A stretch of 34,002 nt of DNA, taken from Candidatus Pacearchaeota archaeon. Lineage in GTDB: Archaea > Nanobdellota > Nanobdellia > Pacearchaeales > GW2011-AR1. The translations under genes and the position numbers were made by a program. Within the stretch, counting starts at the first letter, position 1; every line of letters begins with the position of its first letter. The notes under the pieces are model-generated. The model had not been told where the DNA came from, did no database searches, and saw nothing but the letters and a program-made list of their open reading frames with translations. The DNA is taken from the NCBI GenBank assembly GCA_023142835.1, contig JAGLIS010000010.1, forward strand, positions 1-34,002, read 5' to 3'. Of the stretch, positions 18,807 to 25,948 are shown piece after piece.

Positions 18807-19817
18807 TTATTCTTTCAAAAAATTTCGAATATTCTCTTTGAATTTTTCTAAATCTTTTGTAAGGATTTGTCCTCCTGCGGCAGGAATATGACCGCCTGCG
18901 GATGCGTCATCTAATCCCTTAATTCCTGCCCTCAATAGTTCTGCCATGTCTTTCGTTTTAGATTGATTTCTTGCACTTATCGAGAGATTTTCTTCATCAA
19001 TAGGTGTTGCAAAAATTATTGTATCTTCAGGATTATTCCTACTGATTATTGCAGAAAGAGGTTTTTTGATAAAATATTTTGTTTCGAAGTAGAAAAAGTA
19101 CACATCTCCCAATTTTTTCTTTTCAAAATCAAATCTTTTTATTATCTTAGAAAGTTCATCTTCAATTTGTTCTGAATATTTTTTCAGTTTTTTGAAATCT
19201 TCTAAGGAGTTTATCTCTTTCATTATCTTGAATGCTTCTTGAAGATCTTCCTGAAAATAAACTAATGTATTGCCAAGAACATGTGAGACTTCCTCTTTGA
19301 ATTTTTCTAGGGAGATTCCCTCTTTATTTAGAAATTCGTTTATGAACTTGTCATTTTCAGGATATAAATCTCCTGCATCAGTTATTGTTCCAGCGACACT
19401 TAGCCAAGGTTTTATATTTGTGAGTTCTCCCGCGGTTCTTGACGACGGGATATATCCCTCTTCAGAAGTTCTTAACTCTAAAATTTCCTCGGGAATTTTT
19501 TCTCTTTCAGGATGATGATCTGTATAAAATATTTCTTTATCTGTGGGAAGTGAAAGCTCTTCGATTCCTCCAGGAGCTATATCTGTAATAATTATTTTAT
19601 TAAATTTTTCTAAACTTATTTTCTTATCCCATCTACAAAAATTAAAAATGAAGTTCTCAACTTCTGCACCTTTATTTTTACACCAATCATAAAATATAAT
19701 CCCTGATGCGAATCCATCTCCGTCGTTGTGGTGGATAACTGCTACGCAATCTTTATCATTGATATTATCTAAAAACTCTTTCGCTTGACTAAATGTTATC
19801 TTTGGCATTTTATTCAA
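18807..19817 (-). CDS. DHH/DHHA1 phosphoesterase (RecJ/NrnA-like)
   Basis: HHNDGDG, ITD, TDHH, SAR, GGHIPAAG. Confidence 0.9.
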   Translation of the reverse strand: MNKMPKITFSQAKEFLDNINDKDCVAVIHHNDGDGFASGIIFYDWCKNKGAEVENFIFNFCRWDKKISLEKFNKIIITDIAPGGIEELSLPTDKEIFYTDHHPEREKIPEEILELRTSEEGYIPSSRTAGELTNIKPWLSVAGTITDAGDLYPENDKFINEFLNKEGISLEKFKEEVSHVLGNTLVYFQEDLQEAFKIMKEINSLEDFKKLKKYSEQIEDELSKIIKRFDFEKKKLGDVYFFYFETKYFIKKPLSAIISRNNPEDTIIFATPIDEENLSISARNQSKTKDMAELLRAGIKGLDDASAGGHIPAAGGQILTKDLEKFKENIRNFLKE

Positions 19818-21141
19818 AACTTTTTGCCAATTTAAAAATTAATTCTTCTTGGAAATGTGGCGCTAAAATCTGTAGTCCAACATCTTTGTTATCTATCTTT
19901 CCCACAGGAATAGAGATTGCTGGAAGTCCTGCAATAGATGCTGGCGTCGTAAAAACATCATAATCATACATATCCTTAACTGAAATTTTCTCTCCAATCT
20001 TATGAGCTGTTCGTGGGACTGTCGGGAGGATTATTGCATCGACCTCTTGAAATATCTCATCAAATTGTTGTTTAATAAAGTTCCTTGCTTTCAAAGCTTC
20101 CCTATAATATTTCCCTTCATGTTCGGCCTTAGTAATCTCTGAACCACCAATTATCCTTCGAACGACTTCAGGACCCGCAACCTCTTCAATTTTTTTCCCA
20201 AATCTTCTTCCATCAAATTTTCTCGTAGCTGAAAAAAATTCAGTATAAACAATTATATAATAAGTTTGAATCACAATATCTAAGGGGAGATTTATTTTTT
20301 TAATTTTCCAATTATTTTTTTTAGCTATTTCATTAGTTTTCAATTCGATTAACTCTGTGATTTCTTCCGAACAAAAATCTCTAACATTAACCAACCCAAT
20401 AATTCCTTTTTTAGATGATTTTTCTTTTGGAGCATCTTTTGTTGTCTGGTCAAAATTATCTTGTCCTTTAATTATGCTAAAAATTAGTTTTGCATCTTCG
20501 GAGGAATTTGTTAGAGGTCCAATGCAGTCAAAAGACATTGTCATATCTATCAGCCCGTAACGTGATACCACACCATAAGTTGGCTTTAATCCAGTTACCC
20601 CGCAATGCGATGCGGGATTTCTAATTGAGCCACCCGTATCAGAACCTAATGCAAAATCACAAAGTTCTGCAGCAACTGCCGACGCTGAACCTGATGAAGA
20701 ACCTCCAGGAATCAAGTCTTCATTTCGAGGATTTTTTGTTGGACCAAAAGCAGAAGTTTCTCCCGAAGCCCCGCAAGCAAACTCGTCCATATTTACCATT
20801 CCCAAAAGTATTGCGTCCTCTTCGAGAAGCTTATTAATTACTGTAGCATTATATGGCGAGACATATCCCTCAAGAACCTTAGAACCACAATTCGTTTCCA
20901 ACCCTTTCACAGAGATATTAGATTTTACTGCAAAGCAAAGCCCTGCTAATTTCCCTGCAGTTCCGTCTTTTATTCGTTTATCGACGGCTTTCGCTTGTTC
21001 AATAGCATTTTCATTTAATCTTAAAAAAATGTTTAGGTCTTTTGTCTTCGGTGTTGAAATTTTTTTTGAAAATGTCATAACATTCTTCACAGCAGTTAAT
21101 TCGCCTGATTTGAATTTTTTGAGTTTAGATTTGAGTGTCAT
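19810..21141 (-). CDS. gatA: Asp/Glu-tRNA amidotransferase subunit A
   Basis: Amidase signature NMDEFACG, PGGSSSGSA, GSDTGGSIRNPA, LKPTYG, EVVRRI. Confidence 0.95.
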   Translation of the reverse strand: MTLKSKLKKFKSGELTAVKNVMTFSKKISTPKTKDLNIFLRLNENAIEQAKAVDKRIKDGTAGKLAGLCFAVKSNISVKGLETNCGSKVLEGYVSPYNATVINKLLEEDAILLGMVNMDEFACGASGETSAFGPTKNPRNEDLIPGGSSSGSASAVAAELCDFALGSDTGGSIRNPASHCGVTGLKPTYGVVSRYGLIDMTMSFDCIGPLTNSSEDAKLIFSIIKGQDNFDQTTKDAPKEKSSKKGIIGLVNVRDFCSEEITELIELKTNEIAKKNNWKIKKINLPLDIVIQTYYIIVYTEFFSATRKFDGRRFGKKIEEVAGPEVVRRIIGGSEITKAEHEGKYYREALKARNFIKQQFDEIFQEVDAIILPTVPRTAHKIGEKISVKDMYDYDVFTTPASIAGLPAISIPVGKIDNKDVGLQILAPHFQEELIFKLAKSFE

Positions 21142-21845
21142 ATTTTAAGAATTTTTTCTATATTTTTAGTTGTTATTAATTCCTTTTCTTTTGGGGAAAT
21201 ATTTAATGAATCTATCATTGCTAGTGATACTCGAGGATCTCCAAAAGGATAATCGCTTCCAAGAATTATTTTTTCTGCTCCAACCATTTCATATATTTTC
21301 TTTAAGATAATCGAGTATTGTATTCCTGATGTTTCAAAATATACATTATCTGGAAATTCGTAATCGTGCAATTTAAAGAATGTTTTTGTTACAGAACCTG
21401 AATGAACAGCTATTACTGGAACCTCGACCTGTTTTGCGAGACTTATAATTTTTTTTAATGTGGAGTATTCCTTAGCCTCATTTGTATGTATAAAAACTGG
21501 AAAATTTATTTTATTTACGAACTCTATCACTTTTTTATCGTCAATAGGTATTTGTCCAATATCAGGATGAAATTTTATTGCCTTATATCTAGAATCTATT
21601 TTATCTGGAATATCAAAAACATTAAACCAGTAAATAGGAATTAATGCAGAATCTTTTTCCGATTCCTCTAATACAGAATTATTATTGGGAGTGGTGTTGT
21701 GTGAAAAATTTTCTGGGAGTCCAATTGGAGTTGCACAATATTTTGTTATTCCAGTTTCTTTTAAAATTAATTTATATTCTTCTTGATTACCCCAATTTTT
21801 TCCCTTAAAAGGTAACGATCCTAAATGCATGTGTGCGTCAATCAT
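21138..21845 (-). CDS. Metal-dependent amidohydrolase (Amidohydro_2-like)
   Basis: IDAHMH, IKFHP, FIHT, AVHSG, VYFETS, LGSDYPF; ATG at 21845 overlaps the gatC end and the stop overlaps the gatA start. Confidence 0.85.
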   Translation of the reverse strand: MIDAHMHLGSLPFKGKNWGNQEEYKLILKETGITKYCATPIGLPENFSHNTTPNNNSVLEESEKDSALIPIYWFNVFDIPDKIDSRYKAIKFHPDIGQIPIDDKKVIEFVNKINFPVFIHTNEAKEYSTLKKIISLAKQVEVPVIAVHSGSVTKTFFKLHDYEFPDNVYFETSGIQYSIILKKIYEMVGAEKIILGSDYPFGDPRVSLAMIDSLNISPKEKELITTKNIEKILKI

Positions 21846-22104
21846 TTTTCCACCCACCCTTCTCAGCCACAATTAAATCTTCCTCGACAAATGGAGCGTT
21901 TAGAAACATTAAATCCTTAAAGTCAGAATCTGTGTTCCAACCATCACCTTCTTCCCGAAATCCATCACCATTTTCAAAATGCCCTTCGCTAGCTTTAATC
22001 TTAGATAATTTCGATGCAAATTCATCTAAAAGTTTTTTTGCATCTCTCTTGATATCTTCCATTTCTTTATCAGTTATTTCACGCCACTCAAAACTTTCTT
22101 CCAT
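21838..22104 (-). CDS. gatC: Putative amidotransferase subunit C (divergent GatC)
   Basis: 88 aa; helical N-terminus and FREE...MFLNAP..EEDLIVAEK C-terminus; upstream of gatA. Confidence 0.65.
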   Translation of the reverse strand: MEESFEWREITDKEMEDIKRDAKKLLDEFASKLSKIKASEGHFENGDGFREEGDGWNTDSDFKDLMFLNAPFVEEDLIVAEKGGWKND

Positions 22105-22155
22105 TTAAATTATCGGATGCAGAAGTTTATAAATCTGGGGTTATTTGATATTTTT

Positions 22156-22491
22156 ATGGAAGAATGCATATTTTGTAAGATTATTCGTGGAGAGATACCT
22201 TGTCAGAAAGTTTTAGAAGATGATAATTTTGTTGTAATCAGGGATGCAAATCCTAAGGTTGTTGATCATTTACTTGTAATTCCTAGGGAACACTATGGGA
22301 ATTTTTTAGAGATACCTTCTGAGTTATATAGGAAACTGTTGGAGATTACAAAAAGAGCTATAGAAAAATTAGATGTAAATGAATTTAATTTAGTTGTGAA
22401 TAATGGTAAATCTGCGGGGCAGTTAATTTCACATGCTCATTTACATATTTTGCCGAGGAAAGAAGGCGACGGGTTTAGGTTGAATGTTTAA
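22156..22491 (+). CDS. HIT family nucleotide hydrolase
   Basis: CIFCKII, HLLVIP, NNGKSAGQ, HAHLH. Confidence 0.93.
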   Translation: MEECIFCKIIRGEIPCQKVLEDDNFVVIRDANPKVVDHLLVIPREHYGNFLEIPSELYRKLLEITKRAIEKLDVNEFNLVVNNGKSAGQLISHAHLHILPRKEGDGFRLNV

Positions 22492-22547
22492 CATCGCGAT
22501 TAAGAGGAAATTTCAGCAAGAAATTTCCTCTTAATCGCTGTTATACG
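22486..22547 (-). repeat. attC-like recombination site
   Basis: Perfect 19-bp arms GCGATTAAGAGGAAATTTC (22496-22514) / (22520-22538), closed by TAACA/TGTTA with a 2-nt bulge; outer cores GTTTAAC and GTTATAC. Confidence 0.8.
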
Positions 22548-23347
22548 TTTTTTCTGCAAGAAAAAATCGTCGAAGGCGACAGTATGACGCAGACACCAAA
22601 CCCTAATTTGAAAACTTAAAAGCCCATTTCCGCAACATTAATAACGAGTATATAGTTTCTATAAGACAATGAAAACTAATGTAGGGTGGGACATCGGTTC
22701 ATTGGTATATGATTTATTTACTGGTAAGGTTGATGAACAACTTTATTTGGAAGTCCTTTTAGCTCTTGGTACACTAGATGGGATTAAACTTGATGAATTT
22801 GGTTGTGGAACAGGAAATTTAACTGGTAGATTGCCAGAAACAACTAAAATTAGAGCTGTTGATTATTCTCCTATTGCAATAGCTAAAGCAAAACAAAAAA
22901 CAAGTAAAAATGTGGGTTTTTTTATTATGGATTTTTATCAAGAACAACCAAATGGTTACAAACCAGATAAGATTGTGGCTTGCAGAAGTCTTTATCATTC
23001 AGACCTGTCATTAAGTTTAGGGATATTATCTAGACATTTAGGAGATGGAGGGGAAGCTATTATTGCACATCCAACTGAAAATTGGAGAAAATATGTTACA
23101 CCAATAGTTAATGGAAAAAGAGAATTTAATTTTGTTCAATTTGTAAAATCAAATTGGAGATTTGCAAACCGCATGGGTGTGCCTTATGCATTATTCAGTG
23201 CTGATGAATTTGAAAGAGTAGGGAAACAACATTTTGATGAAGTTATAATAAATTCTGCAGGTTATGATACTCATTATCTTGTTCAGTTAAGGAAAAGGGC
23301 TTTTTCTAAAAAATAATTTGTTTGGTGTTGAGTAATATTGCGTATAA
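22492..23347. mobile_element. Solitary integron-like cassette 2 (856 bp)
   Basis: TAACAT at both junctions (22489-22494, 23345-23350); GTTATACG (22540-22547) exactly complementary to CGTATAAC (23341-23348); removal restores GTTTAAC-ATGAG-GTTATCA. Confidence 0.75.
22669..23316 (+). CDS. Class I SAM-dependent methyltransferase (cassette cargo)
   Basis: DEFGCGTG motif I, AVDYSP..I..AK motif II, RSLYH. Confidence 0.85.
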   Translation: MKTNVGWDIGSLVYDLFTGKVDEQLYLEVLLALGTLDGIKLDEFGCGTGNLTGRLPETTKIRAVDYSPIAIAKAKQKTSKNVGFFIMDFYQEQPNGYKPDKIVACRSLYHSDLSLSLGILSRHLGDGGEAIIAHPTENWRKYVTPIVNGKREFNFVQFVKSNWRFANRMGVPYALFSADEFERVGKQHFDEVIINSAGYDTHYLVQLRKRAFSKK

Positions 23348-23360
23348 CATGAGGTTATCA
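23342..23360. other. attI/attG-like simple site (AAC-N5-GTT) at cassette junction
   Basis: GTATAAC-ATGAG-GTTATCA: two inverted 7-bp cores separated by 5 bp. Confidence 0.65.
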
Positions 23361-23419
23361 ATAGTTTATTATTGATAATCTCCTAATAAGTATAGAAAAC
23401 AATAATTTCATCCATCTAA

Positions 23420-24802
23420 CTACTTCCCTTTCTTCCCAATATCCAACTTAATATGAACATCTTTTAACTGCCTGTCCGAAAGCGGGCTAGGTGCATCAAC
23501 CATCAAATCCTTCGCCTCCTTATTCTTCGGAAACGCAATCGTCTCCCTAATAGATTCTACTCCAAGAATCACTTGAATTAATCTATCCAATCCCCACGCT
23601 ATTCCACCATGTGGCGGTGCTCCAAATTTTAGTGCGTCTAATAAGAAACCAAATTTCTCTTTCTGTTCTTTCTTCCCGATTCCAAGAACCTCGAAAACTT
23701 TCGCTTGAATATCTTCTTCATGAATTCTTATCGAGCCTCCACATATCTCAACCCCATTTAGAACTGTATCATACGCAATTGATTTCGCGGTTTTAGGGTC
23801 TTTGTTAAACGACTCCATTTCTGGATGTGTAAACGGGTGATGTATTGCAACAGTTTTATTTTCTTCTTTTGAATATTCAAATAATGGAAAATCTACAACC
23901 CAACAAAAAGCGAATTCCTTGGAGTCATTTTTATCTTTTCTTAAATCAGGTCTATCTGTTTTATATTTTTTCATAGCCTCATCATGAGTAATTTTTTGAA
24001 AGGGTGTTTTAACTTCGACGTTTAAAATTTCTTTCCAAATCTTTTTTATAATCTTCTCGGTTAGAGCCATAACATCTTCTTGACTAACAAAAGACATCTC
24101 GATATCAAGTTGTGTAAATTCGGGTTGTCTGTCCGACCGAAGATCCTCGTCCCTCATGCATCTTGCAATCTGAAAATATTTCTCAAATCCTGCCACCATC
24201 AAAAGTTGCTTAAATAACTGGGGTGATTGTGGAAGCGCGAAAAATTTCCCAGGCTGTGTTCTCGACGGAACGATATAATCCCTAGCTCCTTCTGGCGTAG
24301 ACTTCGCAAGCATCGGAGTCTCAAACTCATTAAACCCTTCCTCATATAATGCATCTCGAATTATCCTAACAACTTTACTCCTCAAAATTAAATTCTTCTG
24401 CATCTCTGGTCTTCTCAAATCTAAATACCTATATTTCAGACGGATATCCTCGCCAACTTCATCATTATCTATGTCAAACGGGAGTGCTGAACATTTATTG
24501 TATATTTCAAGTTCCTGAATTTTTACCTCGACATTTCCAGCAGGTGAATTTTTATTCTCCGTTCCCGTCGGCCTTGAACTAACATTACCTTTAATTTTAA
24601 TACATGATTCCTTCGTCAAAGATTTTGCTATTTCGAAATTTTTCTCATCCTTCGCAGTAACAATTGTTTGGACCGAACCAGTCACATCCCTTATTTCTAA
24701 AAAAATTAACTTACCGTGCTCTCTAATTGTATCAACCCATCCAGCTATTTCAACTTCATTTCCCTCGAGAGAAGAGAGCTCCTTAATCATTGTTCTTGCC
24801 AT
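23420..24802 (-). CDS. aspS: Aspartyl-tRNA synthetase, bacterial type lacking the GAD insertion, probably non-discriminating
   Basis: RLKYRYLDLR, STPEGARDY, ALPQSPQLFKQLLM, RDEDLRSDRQPEFTQLDIEMSF, GAPPHGGIAWGLDR, IAFPK; only 460 aa. Confidence 0.95.
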   Translation of the reverse strand: MARTMIKELSSLEGNEVEIAGWVDTIREHGKLIFLEIRDVTGSVQTIVTAKDEKNFEIAKSLTKESCIKIKGNVSSRPTGTENKNSPAGNVEVKIQELEIYNKCSALPFDIDNDEVGEDIRLKYRYLDLRRPEMQKNLILRSKVVRIIRDALYEEGFNEFETPMLAKSTPEGARDYIVPSRTQPGKFFALPQSPQLFKQLLMVAGFEKYFQIARCMRDEDLRSDRQPEFTQLDIEMSFVSQEDVMALTEKIIKKIWKEILNVEVKTPFQKITHDEAMKKYKTDRPDLRKDKNDSKEFAFCWVVDFPLFEYSKEENKTVAIHHPFTHPEMESFNKDPKTAKSIAYDTVLNGVEICGGSIRIHEEDIQAKVFEVLGIGKKEQKEKFGFLLDALKFGAPPHGGIAWGLDRLIQVILGVESIRETIAFPKNKEAKDLMVDAPSPLSDRQLKDVHIKLDIGKKGK

Positions 24803-24871
24803 AATCAGATATATTATCAGGCTTTTTAAAATTGTGGTTAAGTTTTTATAGTATCTTTATTTTGTTGAATT

Positions 24872-25033
24872 ATGAATGAAGAAAACAAACGACTTTTGGT
24901 TGCTGGAATAGCTGGAGCATTAGGGGGTGCTTTGGGTGCAGTTTGTGGTTCAAGTAGCTTATTCGTCGTCATGTGTGTTTCCCTTGGTGGTGCGGTTTTG
25001 ATTGCTTGGGGAATTAATGGGATGTTTAATTAA
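24872..25033 (+). CDS. 53-aa glycine-zipper membrane protein (not in the ORF track)
   Basis: MNEENKRLLVAGIAGALGGALGAVCGSSSLFVVMCVSLGGAVLIAWGINGMFN; TTTTTATA about 22 nt upstream. Confidence 0.7.
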   Translation: MNEENKRLLVAGIAGALGGALGAVCGSSSLFVVMCVSLGGAVLIAWGINGMFN

Positions 25034-25092
25034 AGTTCTGTAAACATCCTAAAATGATATCTTTTGAGAAATAAATTTCGCAGTACTGCATG

Positions 25093-25938
25093 TTAAACTC
25101 AATAAAAAATCAGCTAAAAATTGAAGGGGGCAAAAATTTATTTGGTTATTTTCACAATACCTAGAAGTGCATCTTTTTTGTTTTTTGGATTCTTAAATTT
25201 ATATAAAAAATTTATCAATTTTCTTCTAACAGGTGGTGCTTTTGGATTTACCTTTCTTGCTTTTTTCAACTTTGTTGAATCATAAATTAGTAATAAATCA
25301 ATTCGAACTGGATAACCTCTATCCAAAGGTGTGTGCTCGTAAAAATGCCAAACTGTATCACCAAATTCTGTGGGGTATTTGTTATCTTTTGGAATGACTA
25401 ACGTTCCATTCTTAATTGTGATTGTTCCTGCTTGAATATCATAATCATACCCACTGAATTCATCATGACACACACCTTTTCTTTTCAGATCATATTTGTC
25501 TGTCCCAGTTCTCAAAACAATATTTGCTAATTTATTCAATGATAATCCCTTATGATCATCTGATCCAATAGCACGAAAAATATATTTACCATCCGAAAAA
25601 CTTTTTTCCAATACTGCATCTACCTTTTTTCCCAATTTTAAATAATTAGGTTTCTTCTTCACATTATATTCAGGAAGATACACTTCTATTACTTTAACTA
25701 CCATATTATACTTCACAATTATATACCTTTATTAAATTTTTGCCCCTTGATTCTTTTTATTAATGGTGCTTCGCACTTGATACGCTGACTTTTTACTTTG
25801 GATTTTTCCCTTCGGGAACGTTGCACTAAAATCCAATCCCTTGCGGGAGAATTTAACAGCGATTAAGAGATTCCGAAGTCTTGCAGACTTCTCCATCCAA
25901 ATTTTCACCTACGGCGAAAACTTCTCTTAATCCTGATG
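25093..25938. mobile_element. Solitary integron-like cassette 3 (846 bp)
   Basis: Start G|TTAAACTC complementary (8/9) to GAATTTAAC (25849-25857); ATGT at both junctions; terminal attC-like site shares 16 nt with the cassette 2 site. Confidence 0.7.
25138..25704 (-). CDS. Hypothetical protein (cassette cargo)
   Basis: About 188 aa from ATG 25704 (track start GTG 25716); TATA-like TTTAATAA about 25 nt upstream. Confidence 0.75.
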   Translation of the reverse strand: MVVKVIEVYLPEYNVKKKPNYLKLGKKVDAVLEKSFSDGKYIFRAIGSDDHKGLSLNKLANIVLRTGTDKYDLKRKGVCHDEFSGYDYDIQAGTITIKNGTLVIPKDNKYPTEFGDTVWHFYEHTPLDRGYPVRIDLLLIYDSTKLKKARKVNPKAPPVRRKLINFLYKFKNPKNKKDALLGIVKITK

Positions 25939-25944
25939 TCATCC
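25849..25944 (+). repeat. attC-like recombination site
   Basis: GAATTTAAC-AGC-GATTAAGAGA...TCTCTTAATC-CTGAT-GTC with two internal hairpins (GAAGTCT-TGC-AGACTTC; TTTTCACC-TAC-GGCGAAAA). Confidence 0.75.
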
Positions 25945-25948
25945 ATAA

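Noticed and set aside
22496-22538. Simple bidirectional terminator explanation for the 19-bp hairpin
   Set aside because: It does not explain the 16-nt identity with 25854-25869, the AAC/GTT cores, or the complementarity to 23341-23348. A secondary terminator role remains possible.
23337-23365. Chromosomal dif site (ATTGCGTATAA-CATGAGG-TTATCAATAGT)
   Set aside because: The spacer is 7 bp rather than 6, and the left arm belongs to the cassette. Xer involvement is kept only as an alternative hypothesis.
25127-25746. IS or MITE defined by the 14-bp inverted repeat GGGGCAAAAATTTA
   Set aside because: No TSD, the enclosed protein has no transposase motif, and the repeat is the innermost of three nested stems of cassette 3.
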